A DNA stretch of 64,000 bases from Phoronis australis (GCA_002633005.1 NMRA01000602.1:1-64000), one strand, 5' to 3'; shown: positions 1-12,833, counted from the first letter of the stretch. Translations and numbers: made by a program. Notes: a model not told the origin generated them from the sequence alone.

Positions 1-899
1 GACCGTCACTTTCGTTACCGATTCATGTCACTGACGGGCAATATATGTTATTGAGTGACGTCATTTGCGATAAACCGAAGCGCCTGTGATTATACGTAGA
101 TCTCCGTTTTCATCCAACCCAGTGTACAATCTGTCTCAAGGGGGCCTTACAAAACGTTTCTATGGATTACTTTTAAATTTTAAATTGGTATATAATATGC
201 AACTGATGTACACAAAGGGCATTTCATTTGTTTTTGGCCAAAATATGAGTGCCAATTTTAAAATCAGAGCATACGTAAACAAAGACAACGTATTAGTTGA
301 CGTTTCGGTTTATTATCAGTGAACCATTCTCAAGACAATGTTCACAATACTCCAGTCAGGTAACACAGGAGAACAGTCTACACAGGTATACATCAAAATG
401 GCATTGTGAGGGGATACACCACTGAGAAATCAAAACAGTTGGAGCTTAAATGAACCAGTGTTGCTATTCAACTATCGCTCAGTGTGACTCAACCGTACAT
501 TCATAGCCTCCTTTATGAGGAGCCTGAAGGTGGTATTGTCTTCTTGAAACAAGACGTGGCCTCAAGTGGTAGGTGGGTGACAGTATAGATTAATAAATGA
601 GGGAGGGGCGAGAAAAGGGGTTGGGGGACGGGGGCTTCAACAGTATACCTCAAGTTGTACAACATTTGAAAGCAACAAATAGTGTGAAAAGTGAAACATC
701 TAAAATGACATCATCTGAAACTCACTTCTTTGAGGAATTTTCCTTAAAATTTTAGAAAAGACTTTTTCAAGCACTTAAGTTAGATATATGCTTAGTCACT
801 GTAACTCACCGAGTGATAAACGTCATGGTTACTGTGTCTGGGTCCACGGTTTCCATGTTCTCGGCAGTGTGATGCATATTCATATCCCAGGTCCACTCC

Positions 900-1365
900 C
901 GAACTATTAGATGTGAGGAGCGTGATGACCATGGTAAAGAGGACAGCGACGATTACAAGGGTAATTATAGACATAGTTGAAGATATGGATTATGGGAATA
1001 TTGATAAGGATGTTCATGTACATTGCAACACCAGTGATTGTGAAGGAGATGATGTGGACACCAACGAAAAAGATTGCGATAATGATAATGGTAAGGTGAC
1101 GGCAAACGTACATGTACATGTATGAAGGAATTGATGACGATGAGGATAACGGTGGTGATTACGACGATGTTGAAGGTGATGACATGCACTGTAACATCAG
1201 TGGTGACGTTGAAAATGACAGCGATGATGATATTGCTTATGATGGCATGGGAAGTCACCGTGACGTCAGAAACTGCAGTACTAGTGATTCTGTTTTGATG
1301 ACTTTAATGTTGAAACTAACGATAACGTTTGACGGACGTATTGATGATGAGACTGATGAACTAAT
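900..1365 (+). repeat. Degenerate GAT/GAC-rich low-complexity tract
   Basis: Dense GATGAT/GACGAT motifs give Asp-rich ORFs in two frames (913..1125, 1112..1381) with no recognisable domain. Confidence 0.55.
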
Positions 1366-2264
1366 TAACCAGCTGCGTTGAATCCAATCTGGTCTGAGAA
1401 GAGTTAAAATCGCTGCCTTCCCTCGATATTTTGTGCTCGCAAGACAAAAAGAATCTGAAAGGATCCAGAAGTGAGAGTGAAATTTTCGAAAAGAAGCGCG
1501 CCTTTGTAACTGAGGAAAGTGTGACTTCCATCTCAACTAAACAGTCAATGGATGAATACAAAATGTGGGCAGATTATGATGCAATGCTAAAGAATGGCTG
1601 AAACATCGACTAGCGATCATTCCTTATCGAGCGAAAGCAGTTTTTCGAGCAAAACTTTAACAAAAATTTCGCAACCATTTCCAGACAGATCATCTGAGAG
1701 CAGCCAATACGTTAGCAGTGGAGATGACCTTGACCTTGAACAGGAACAGTACCGTATTTGTGGGATAGGTTACGAGCGTAATTATACGGCGACACTCCCT
1801 CAATTTAATTAGCGCTCGTAATTACGAGCGTAATTTTACGGCCACACTTTCCCCTCAACGGACCACCATAACATTTTGCTCATGACGTAGGCGTAGAGTA
1901 AAGCCGAAAACATTAACACCGGAAAGCTTGGTAAAGTTTTTGCCCTTACGAGCGGACTAATGCGTAAGGGGAACACACAACCTGGAAAATATGCCTCGGC
2001 GCTTCTCCGGACATAAAGCTTGTCGTCATTTTTCTTGTCAGCCATGACCAATGTGTTAATTATTGTGAATAATAATTATATTACAGTGACCTAAATCTGA
2101 TCCGTACAGAATGAATAATAAAAGAAAAACAAAAAAATAACAATACAAGACATTTTTTTGAATTTCATATTCGTATTGATACTTTGTTCACCCCGCACAT
2201 AAACAACCCAGAACATAAGGTTATGGTCTCATATCTTCATATAAGGACACACTCGAATTTAAAA

Positions 2265-2360
2265 CCCCAATCGGTGCTTTGCGAATTTGCAATCATGGTT
2301 TGAGCAAATGCTTACAGAAAAAAATGTTGCCCCCCTTGTGATATCCTAGATCCGCCACTG
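2265..2360 (-). mobile_element. Terminal fragment of the CAGTGGCGGATCTAGG MITE family
   Basis: Ends in ccccttgtgatatcctagatccgccactg and is the reverse complement of the first ~100 bp of the copy at 23208. Confidence 0.75.
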
Positions 2361-2443
2361 GTTCAAGACCGGCTTTAAAACGATACGATGAAATTGAACA
2401 ACTTTGTAGTCATAAAGATACATGACCGGCGTTTGTCTCCCAG

Positions 2444-2530
2444 GTGAAGTCGTTGAAGGCGTGAGGTCATCGCTAATCGAGTTTACTGTTCAACACAATA
2501 CAGTCGATGACTTTTTAAAACCATCTCCAG
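2444..2530 (+). CDS. Isolated candidate internal exon (phase 1-1, GEVVEGVRSSLIEFTVQHNTVDDFLKPSP), gene unknown
   Basis: ctcccag acceptor and CAG|gtgaga donor bound 87 open nt. No domain recognised. Confidence 0.3.
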
Positions 2531-3651
2531 GTGAGAATAGCATTTTTAATGCTCTCCACAACTGAACGCTACTCTCACGCTAACACTTACCCGCATTGTA
2601 GTACCGAAGAATGTATATTACAACAGCGATACACGTTTGCACACCGCCACAGCTATTCAAAGCAACTGAAATTAGTGATAACCTGTTTTACCACGAAGTC
2701 TACCGTGAAATTGTAATTCAAAATCTGCGAAAATGCCCTCTATTACAAACATGATAACGTACATGGAAAGCCACTTATAACAACAAATAACCATTAGTGT
2801 GATCATAGACTATAGTACAAAGACCGTTGTCACGTAAAATTTCTTCACTCGGACTTTGCGCATGCGCAGATTGGCCAGGGTGGCATCCGTTTTTGAGAGC
2901 ATAAGATTCTGTGAAATATCAGGGCCATTCACTACGCTACAGCAAGACAGTTGAGTCGCTATCTGCTACGTACACGAATATTCCAGAAGTTTTTGCAAAG
3001 ATATGCGTGCTCGCAAGTACAGAAAATTTAGGGGGGTAATAATTCTTCAACTTTAGTTATGTCGCGCAACATTTCTAGGTAAGGTCCATTTCTTTTAAGG
3101 ACCTACAAAGAATTCTGGGCTTAGAAAACTCAATCATCTTTACACATGTATATACATTGGCATGCACTGCGATAAATCCCTGAAGGACATGTTTAAACTG
3201 GATTGATAACCCGATGATAAGTAGGAAACATTGAATGTGAAACCAAAATCTGTGCAATGACATTAATGTAAAAAATAGTTCAGTGTGTAACTATAATATA
3301 TACAGTACACACACATACACGTTTGTATAAAGAGTACGCCCCTATGCCTACGTTTTAGCTAGGACCAATATATATTACTCCCAAGTGACGTGTCAGTTCC
3401 AGTCTCTATGGTGCCAGCCAGAATAAAATCACATTCGGGTACCGTTGAATTATTTTCAGTTTGGACGAAATTTGTGATCTTGCGCAAAAGCCGTGACGTC
3501 ATTACTCACTATCGACGCAAAAGGTACCCGCTCATCCAAAACCTTTACGGCAAACAGATGGCGCTGGATGCAATGATGCTTTACTAACAGGCAGCGCTGC
3601 TTACAGTCATGTGACATTCTTGTGTGAACTGAATCTTGTGTTAATAGAACA

Positions 3652-4181
3652 TTAAATACAGACGTTTCTACTTGGTGAACCATCAGCTGCCGTGTCGTGC
3701 CACAGCCAGTCCGGTCTGCTGGGATCAGTGTTGTTGGCTAACGAGACACTGAACGAAAAAGAAAACATCGCAGAGAATAAAACCTAACATGTATATCACC
3801 ATGTATAATTCAAGCATAATTTAAAAATATATTGGTGAAGTTGCCAAAATCTCGCCGTGCGGAAAAGTGGCCGGGCCCGGTTTAGTAGCCTCACCATGGT
3901 CATGTTCATTGAATATATATTTTACCCCAGCGTTTAGGCCGAGCAACCACAACAGCGTATATTATTAACACTTTCATCTTATTTATATGTTATAAATAGT
4001 TGTTACAAATGGGGTTTTAAACATGGAATGTCGGACACAAAGATTTCTTTTCCACACAAATTCGCCACTCATCAGGACATACACTGTCTGGTTCATGAAC
4101 TCTCGTGACCTGTGGTTACAGTCAGCAGCAGCAGAATGTAGGTCAAGGTTCTTGGTTAAGATTCTCTGGCAGACAGTCTTA
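3652..4181 (-). CDS. Two phase-compatible candidate terminal exons (4181-4083 and 3748-3652) of an unassigned minus-strand gene
   Basis: KTVCQRILTKNLDLHSAAADCNHRSREFMNQT ends GT|gtatgt (phase 2) and joins ttcag|T-VSLANNTDPSRPDWLWHDTAADGSPSRNVCI*. The first acceptor (AAG) is weak and no homology was recognised. Confidence 0.3.
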
Positions 4182-4959
4182 CTTGAGCGATAAAATGACA
4201 CGTGATTGATAAAAAGCGCCATCTGTTAGCCGTAAAGGTTTTGGATGAGCGGGTACCTTTTGCACTATCGACGCCTATCAGACATAGCAAGATTTACTTC
4301 CGGCAAGTACGTCCTCTGCTAATCATGGTCATTTCGTCGGGATTTGGATCGGCGATTTTGCCCAATTCACACCCGTTTTTAAATAAACTGAACGCTCGTA
4401 AAACGTTAACATCTTAAATAAAGCTCATATTAATACTCCAGAAATAACCGCAAGGCCAGCCTCTTCTCCAAGCCTCAAGATGGCGTTGATCGCGAGTTCA
4501 GTCATTTCGTCAGGATTGTGACACATTTTTACAGAAATCACCGGGATATCACGAGCAATGTAGTTTTGAATTTTTCTGCAGTTTGATATAAAAATGAAAA
4601 CTTACTGCAAAAATGATGTATTTTGATTCGAAAACAGTTTAAATTTTATAACACCACTAAAAAAAAAAGAATTGAAAATAATCACGTGAACAACCTTTAT
4701 TTCAAACAATAACCAAAACGGTGCCTTCTGCTTCATGAATTGCAGCAACAACGCTTGTGAAAATAATAAGGGATAACAACATAGTGCTTCCTTATGAAAG
4801 TTCTATTTTTGACAGACCCTTATTCTGAAAACAAATCCCAACAGCATTTGGAGAACAGTGCGCAAAGCACAGTAAATGTATCTCATATTGTCCCTTAACC
4901 CTGTTAAGAATGAGGAGAATTTTATTTTCACTGTCAAAAAATCATCGCAAATGTTGGCT

Positions 4960-5400
4960 GTAATTGTTACCTGGCGATCTTATCTAGCTCAACTCAGAAG
5001 TTTGGGCGTGTCTAACGTGATAAACATTATTAAATTTGTCTGGTAGTGTTACATGTATGTTGAATACTTTGCATCAAATATTATGTGGATAACTCTTGGG
5101 TTGATCTAGGTCAATTTTGGTACTCAATTCTTTATCTAGCAGAGGCATCCCAACACTAATATTGTCTGCTATGTAACTGCTGCGCCGTGTGAAGTGGTCC
5201 TGGATGCTATAGATTCAACAGGTTATCTTGTGGATTGCGCTAACTCAAGGAGGTTTGAGCGCGTTTAGAGAGGGTAATCCACCACTGAATTTCTCTGGGA
5301 GCGTTCATGATTAATTGGTTTCTGTTGAATAACTTGTAACCAGTGTCATGCGGTTATCTCTTGGGTTGATCTAGCTCAATTTTTGAATGCCATTGTCATG
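4960..5400. repeat. Degenerate tandem repeat, ~130-bp period
   Basis: A ggttatctcttgggttgatctagctcaa-like motif recurs near 4975, 5087, 5221 and 5353. Confidence 0.5.
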
Positions 5401-5859
5401 GCCCCCTGACCACGCCTACCTGAGCGATCCTGCCTGATGGTCATTTCCTAGCTATCACTGTGTTACAAAAAATACCTTTCCATGCCACAAAGAGCTTCCG
5501 GGATCCCGGTCTAGATGCAATAATAAAGACACCTAGGGATAACGGAACATACATCATAGGAGTTACATTCACATGGGAAAAAACTCCAAACATATAAGAT
5601 AACCCTGCAAAGTTTTTGTATGGAAAGGTGGGATTACAGGTGTTTTCATTTTATGTAGAGCATACAGTTTTTTAAAGACATTTCTCAGGCAGCATGCTAC
5701 TTTGGGATCATTGTCGGCCGTGCATCAGAGTTGTCAGATGGCCGTCATTTACTTTAGCGGTATTCAATATTGTTGGGGTTAGATTGGCTACATAAGTTGG
5801 TGGTGAAACTGCTGCTCACAGTGTCGGCAGAGATTTCGTAGTCACCATCCATGCCATGG

Positions 5860-6058
5860 CATAGGCGTATTTAGGGGGGAGGGGGCAGGGGGCCCGCCCC
5901 CCTTGGCTGCCGCATGAAGCAAAATGAAACACCAACAAAGTGAAGCGTGAAGAAATATTGAGGTCAATAAGTAGGAGCGGTAGCGTAGCGGATGAGGGGG
6001 GGGATTTCCCCTAGGCAACATGTTGGGCCCCCCTTATGTTTTCCTAGATCCGCCACTG
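5860..6058 (-). mobile_element. MITE, 199 bp, imperfect TIRs, 5-bp TSD CATGG
   Basis: Ends are cataggcgtatttagg and cctagatccgccactg. CATGG sits at 5855-5859 and 6059-6063. Same ends as the copies at 23208 and 50505. Confidence 0.85.
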
Positions 6059-8921
6059 CATGGTCATTGTCTTCTTCAGGTGCCATTTTAATTCTTTTTC
6101 CCGCGTTAAGTAGAGATCTAATTTTCAAGTCAATTAAAATATGGAAACGCAAAATACTCGTGAAAATTCGGTGTCACGCAAGTGTTCGTGCCATATCGAC
6201 ATGTGATGCAAGCAAAGCAGGTGATCACATGAGCTTCTCTTGCCTCTGTGGAACTCAGCCCCGTGATGCCTTGAGATCTCTCGACTCCAGGTAATTTTTT
6301 CGAATTTACCTGGGTTCAGTAGTTCCAGCGAATGAAACAGTACCAAATAGGAACTCAGCTATGTTCCCTAAACCAACTGCGTGTTTGTGGGTTTGTGAAA
6401 ACACTGATTGCCTTCAATCGTATAATGCTTCAGTCTCATTACTTGGTCTATTTTTGGCTTTGATGCCAATCGAGAGTCAAGTCTACGTTGAATTCTTAAT
6501 ATAATTGAAAATAGGTAGGGTGTTATCATGCAACGTCCCTAATCAGAGGTACATGTATAGGTCCCTAATTAATTTGACTAAATTAGGTGCTCAGTTTCCA
6601 GTTATATTATTAAAAAATGTTGTGAGTCAAAGAAGAGCGCATGTCAAGACAAAATGGTCACATCTGAAAGAAAAGAACGAAACAAAAATGCAAAAGATTT
6701 AGGGAACTTAGTTGAGACCCTATTCGGGACTATTTCTTGCAACCGAGGACTTGTGACCACGAGATTCACATGTATTTCACGTTATCTCGCTAAATCTTGC
6801 TCAATAATGCCTTTTCGCGAGGTTCTACCTACGACCGAATCCTCGCCTGGTCCATGCAGCTCTGTTCACCTTTTTCAGAGCGCGATCACTCCGGAAAAGG
6901 TTTCAAAAAGAGGCCTGAACCTAAATATTCTCAAACCTATCGCGAGGCTTGTTTTTACAAGGGACATCGCGATGAATTCAATTATTGAGGTAATTACTAA
7001 TTAAACGACTAACATGAACACTGTATCACTGTATTTCTAAAATAGAGAATACTGTAGCCTCTCTTTCAACCAGTTCATTTCTTAAGAAGAAAACTGTGGG
7101 TTCGCCTCCGTATGGTTAAAAGAATACCAAACCCTGCTTTGGTCTTTTATTACTTACATGTACAATAAATACGTGGGCATATATAATCAGCATATTTCAA
7201 CGTTGAGTGAGACAGCAGAATTTGATTTCTGACTTTCTATAAATCTTCCTTGAATCAGATCACGTGACTATGGGCTTTGGTTAAATTCAGCGCAAAAGAA
7301 AGCTACGTGCGTACAACTATACCATGACCTAATTTTGTTAGATATAAATGTTCAGGACAAAATTAAAAAAATTCTGTTATTTTTCTAAGTTATCATTTTG
7401 TTTTTGAGTTATGTACATGTAAGTGTAAACGATTTCATACGAATCATAATTTCTATTTTTGAAAGACCTTCATTCTATAAATAAGCCCTAACAGCATGTG
7501 GTGAACAGTGACTCATTGTGTCACTTAACCCTGTTTAGTACGAGGAGTTGAAGATCGGAGAAAGAAAGTCTTTTCATGATAATTGGTTTAAAATGGAAAT
7601 TGTATTGATGAAAGACTTGAAGTCCAAATGATTAAAGCAAATAACACGGATGTACCGATGCAAAAATGTGTTGCATTTGAAGTTTCATTTTCCCCTGTTT
7701 ATCTGGCTAAAATGAAAAATAGAATCAGACCTCTTAGGCCCATGAATTCGATCTCGTAATATCCGAAATTTATTTCAGTTAGCAGCAAGGACATCGAAAT
7801 CAGTCAAAGACCCAAAATGCTTTACTGACAAAGCTTAAAAATTTGTATTCGAAAATGCATTGTCTGTGACTTGAGCGACCGTTTTATTCGGAAACAATTC
7901 AAGAGCAGATGAACGTGGTCATGTTTTAAATCCCAAAGGGCTTTGATTATTGTTTGCTAAGTACTCAACAGTGACATCTGAACAGGGCGGAATGCACATA
8001 TAAATGTGAGAAACCTTCTATATTAGCAAGCAATAAAGAACATTTTTACAAGAAGCAAACATTTCGTACACAATTCACAAAATGATAAAAAATTACACTT
8101 AACACATTAATTAAAATATTTTGACATAGTAACGTTTGGTCATTACCCACAGTTCCCCTTGTTTCTGTAGTATATCCACAAGGTGTCGCTACTCAACGGC
8201 CTACAACTCAAATCGCTAAGTGACTAGAGATGAAACAAGACTGGAGAACACCCAATGAGTTTACCACTTTACAAACTCTTCCAAAAATAACAGTGTTCTA
8301 TTTTTTCTATCTAAATAAAACCCTGTTCACATAATTGCACCGACTTTTCTCACATTAGGAACATGTCCTTCAAACAAAATTTCTTCAGCACATCTGATTT
8401 TATTTACCTTCTTTCAGCCACAGCTTCTATTGCACGCCATGATGGAAACTAATTTCCAATGAATAGCTCAAGACTTGGGCTTTTGTTGACAAAAAACGCT
8501 CTAAAAATTTTACTGATTTTTAAATATAAAGAGCTCACCTAGTCTCATTTATATTCGGATTATGTTTTTCCATCGGTTTTCGTGTCCCAAAAATGATATA
8601 TAAGCGTGGATTCTTACAAGCTTTCTATTTAGATATGTTCTGGTAGGAATCAGTAATGAATGAAGTCATTCAATTGATGACTAGCCCCCCTAGTGAGAAT
8701 GGAAAATGGACTGAACCAGTTGGGTTAACTAGTCGTGAAAATGGAGAAATTCAAAAGAGTTCTCCAAATCGATCCTTATCTCCTTTACCGTCAGCATGCT
8801 TAGAGCGTGCTGATTTCTCAATACTAATCAAGGTTCGAAAATTTCAAAAAATAAAGGTTCATGATCAGTTTGGAAGAGACAGTGCCTTTAGAACGTTCTA
8901 CATTTGAAGAAAAAAATGATG

Positions 8922-10200
8922 TCAAGAAGAATTCAATACTATATGACCAATTGGCATCATGTCTTTGCAAAAACCAAACTTTCTATCGTCGGGAGCATCA
9001 TCCATGACGCAGTGTGCAGCGTTTACGTATTTATTAAGACGGCTAATGTCGGCTCTGTCCAAGTAGAAAATGTTACTGTCCAGGTTTTGTTTTACTGTTG
9101 CCTCGTAAAGACCGTCATTTGGGCTGGTTAAAATAGTTAATTGCAACAACCGTCGTGTGGTGCGAGTGGTGTCACTGAGTTCCGGAACTAAGCCGTCTGC
9201 GTCGTACGTTTTTTTAAACGCCAACACGTTCTTCGTGTACTGAAAAACAACAACCGCACGAATTTCGCTGAGATCCAATTTTGAGCAGATGTTTCGCTTA
9301 TAGTCTGTTACTTTATTAATTTGATCAACCACCGCCTTCGCAGCCTTTAAAACGTCGGGATCGTTTACTGCTATCGAAGAAAACTGCAAACAGTTGCACC
9401 AATGAGCTTCAATGCCAGCATCCGGGCATGTTCTCTCCACCGGAATTTCTCGGAACAGACTAATACTCCTATCTGACAAAGTACCAACCGTCGGTCCGTC
9501 GAAGTTTAGGATGTCCAATAAAGGTGTGGATGTATGTCAAATGGCGTCGTCAGGCGCTCGGAGTTCTTGACCAAATTTTGCATGCTTGATTTTGAACCAG
9601 TCAGGAAGAACAAATGAAAAGAATGGATTCCTCTCCTCTTGCATGCCACGAATTGTTGATCGGAATCCATTATATCCCAATCCGTGATCAGACATCACTA
9701 TTAAGCTAGTCTTATTAAGTAGACCCGAGTCTTTATACAACTGTAGGTTCTGTTGTAAGTAGGCGTCCCCGTATTGTAAAAGGTCATTGCACCGTGACTC
9801 AGCTCGTTCTGGAAGACGAAATCAAATTTCCGCCGGTTTGGATATGCGTTCACAAAGTCCTTTATCCAGTCAAGCACGACACGTAGCCGCGAGCGATCGC
9901 CGATACACAGTGGAGATTGGGTCATGATGTTGTGAAATATTCTCATATAATGATTTGTTGGTTGTTGCTTGAATCCCGTCATGCGATAAGTGAATGTACC
10001 AATATCCGGTCTGTCTTCGGACCACGCTGTAGCGTACCCGTGATCTAAGAAATTCTTCCATACGAATGGGAACACGTCCGCGTGCAATTTGCTGTTGAGT
10101 CTCTTAAAGATTCGTGGAAGTTCCAGCTCAGTTTTCCCCGTGAGTATGGGAATCAGTGCCTGTGGAGCTCCATCACCGACAATATTATACTTCTTAAGAC
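8922..10200 (-). pseudogene. DUF229-family (alkaline phosphatase/sulfatase superfamily) pseudogene, at least 3 frameshifts
   Basis: Family motifs YNIVGDGAPQALIPILTG, GYATAWSED, ELSHG, IVMSDHG, EERNPF, LTTPFDIH and SLFREIPVERTCPDAGIEAHWCNC are spread over three frames. Shifts lie near 9789, 9575 and 9525. Homology stops abruptly upstream of ~10200. Confidence 0.85.
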
Positions 10201-10864
10201 GGGCTTTTTGGTAGAATCTGCAAATGCTTGAAATGTTGGCGGATGCAGTATCACCGATGGAGCTCATAATATGCATGTTGCATTTAACCATCGCATAGGT
10301 TGTTATACTGCATTTTTTTGCTGAAGGTTCGGTTTTCAAAAAGTCACAAAAATGTGTTTTTTCCCGTTTATTATGAGAAACTTGACACTAGAGTGTACCT
10401 CAAAAACAGGCAAATGTATTCCGCTTCATCTGCTGTTACATTGGATAATTAGCCTTAAAAAGCAATTGGCTATAATAAATAACTGTATTTTGCCCAAATA
10501 AAAAAATTTAAGCGACTTTCTTGGTCTTCTTTGTTGATTTACCGTCGTTCTTTTGAGGGCAGTGAAGTGAGGTGTACAAAATCGTGATTTTTGTCCAAGT
10601 TCAAAGACTTATTTTTAGGAATCGCAGAGGTTTACCCAAAAAAGATATGCATTTATGCTTCAATTGGACTTCGCTCTTTTATTTCATCCATAGCCAGTAT
10701 TGGTAAAACTTACCCGACGCTCACAATTTTGAAACGATCGGCCGTAGTGAATTTTCGAAAATGCCCTTGAGGCGTCGCTAGTAAAGGGTCATAAATTGCT
10801 AATTTTGGTATATTCGGCGTCATGCTTGTACTTTGCACTGTGATGTAATAAGTCAAAGTCCAAA

Positions 10865-11607
10865 AAATAGTTTGGCCGTGCTTGGCAACTCGACTACACT
10901 GACAAACTTTGGTTTGCAATCACATTTGCCAGTGTAAAGTGAGCTCATTACCCTGCTACAATGGCAACTCGGTGTTCTGTGGTGTTTTGGTGAGTTTTGC
11001 AACAGCTGTTTATTTGCAAATTCTACAAAACTCTTGCAAGCAAACATTTTCAAAGTATTCGGCAGTGTTTCTTTGGGCTCGGGAATGTTTTTCAAGACAA
11101 AGAACAAAAGTTTTAGGAGTGTCTACACTGATACTTGGTGTGACTGAAAAGCACCTTTGGCACCGAATAAAAAGCCGCGCAAGTGGCCCGGGGGATGACT
11201 TAATTTCGCCACCACAACGGAGCCCATTTTCATGCGAGGTTAAAGTTTCTGACAAAGTTGCAAGAACTTTCTGAGAAAGGAGGAATCAAGCTTTGGAACG
11301 TTGATGAATGTTGAACTATTTATTTAAAAAGAAAAGAAGTGCCGAGAACTTCTTTTTCGCAAGAGAATGGAACGTGAACAACCCTTTGCATTGTTAAAAA
11401 TCTCGAGAGAGATAATAACACCAGCATGTTCGTTCTTTATCAAGATTACCGCAATCCCCAACTAACCAAAGGTGCATTGTGTGTGGTATTCCGCCAGGAA
11501 CTGAAAAATGCCCTGTCAATGTGTCGATCTGTTGGCAAAGTTAAATTTGGTCGGGTATGGAAACAAAAACTTTATCAACGTAGACCACAATTAAGAGCAA
11601 TGAGTTT
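10865..11607 (+). repeat. ~740-bp interspersed repeat, unknown class (copy 1)
   Basis: Near-identical direct copy at 35661-36393. The ORF track gives the same spurious peptides at both loci. Confidence 0.9.
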
Positions 11608-12204
11608 ATATACGTACAGTGTGCTGTAACGAAACTTCTATCGCTCGTGTAACATTTTTTGGTTATGCTAAGGACATCAATCAAATAATTCTACTTGCAA
11701 GAGTTTCTTGTCTTTTCTGTATGCACGAATACCGTCGGTCCTCCGACCTAACTTTAGGACCATCGAAAAATATGCAGATTTGACCAATTTAGGAAAATAA
11801 TGTCTCAGAATTGACTAATCGGATTTATATGAGGATTTCACACGTACTACTCTACTTGTGCTGTTTACCAAAACGTGTTTAGCTATGGGTTTTAAATTGT
11901 TCAACTTTTGCGTGAGAGGCTATAAAAAAATTAAGACTCCGTGGAAAAGACAACAGTTGTATGAAACAAAAATGACATATTTTAGAAATCTCTAATAGTA
12001 TTTTAATATCAAATAAAAGCGGCCATGTTATTGACGTCGTTGTTTAGCTATGAAAGTAGCTTTCCTTTACCTAAACATTTTACTAAATACACATGGTCAC
12101 GCGACCAATTGACAACAGGCTGGTAGTAAGTCAAAATGAACGTCTTTGCGCTATCTAATTTTACAGTAAATTTCTTTAAATATTTGGCTGCCTAAATGCT
12201 CTAT

Positions 12205-12476
12205 CTTCTATATAAGCTCCAGCTTAACATTGAACGTGGCTCTGCAGGCCTCCCTCCCACAAGCTTAGGCCCACTCTTCATAGACTGTGGTCCAGGAGGT
12301 GGACTGACCCTAGCAGCACCCCAGGAAGAGCGATACGCACCGAACAGGGCATTGGTACCTTCAATGTCGTAACGAACGGTGGGCGTGCAATTGGCGACTG
12401 GAGTACCGCCAATTCCAACAGGGGCGAGAATAACCCTTGTCATGCCACTGGGCCCAAGGCTTGTGATCAAAATGCA
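12205..12476. other. GC-rich, highly self-complementary unit abutting a (TA)n tract; probable retroelement terminus or structured RNA
   Basis: Long-range inverted pair cacaagcttaggccca / tgggcccaaggcttgtg, plus internal hairpins gtcca-ggagg-tggac, aattggcg-N10-cgccaatt and ctcttc...gaagag. Confidence 0.4.
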
Positions 12477-12537
12477 TATATTTTATATACTTATATGAAT
12501 ATATATACATATACATATACATATATATATATATATA

Positions 12538-12607
<70 letters not shown>
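12477..12607. repeat. (TA)n/(CA)n microsatellite
   Basis: Directly visible dinucleotide runs. Confidence 0.95.
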
Positions 12608-12654
12608 TTTGTATGTATTCATGTATATATGCATACACGCAGCATATGGTCTAC

Positions 12655-12833
12655 CTTTTCATTTTCCGTCGTATCGAATGCGATCATATATTCGAACCAT
12701 TCGTTGCCCCAGATACGATCGTCGTCGAACAACACGGTCTTTTCACCAGTTTTCTTCTCCAAATGCAACATCAACCTCGCCTCTGCGTTTTTGCCGAACA
12801 TGTGATACCAGAAGGAAACTGCATAAGAACCAG
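12655..12833 (-). CDS. MAM-domain gene, exon 5 ([23 protein letters not shown]...[19 protein letters not shown])
   Basis: ttttcag acceptor and AAG|gtag donor. Phase-1 start matches the previous exon. Contains the MAM motifs FWYHMFG and GxxW. Confidence 0.85.

Noticed and set aside
320-570. Possible plus-strand exon ending G|gtaggt
   Set aside because: The best frame has two in-frame stops and no recognisable homology.
913-1381. Asp-rich ORFs as an acidic biomineralisation protein
   Set aside because: The Asp richness switches frames, there is no signal peptide or splice support, and GAT-repeat decay explains it.
6880-6925. Minus-strand FRPLFETFSGVIAL* as the missing last MAM exon
   Set aside because: Wrong phase for the 12655 donor, and it stops before the DD motif.
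4800-7550. Similar ~110-bp segments at ~4800-4918 and ~7451-7547
   Set aside because: Short diverged dispersed repeat with no ends or coding signal to interpret.
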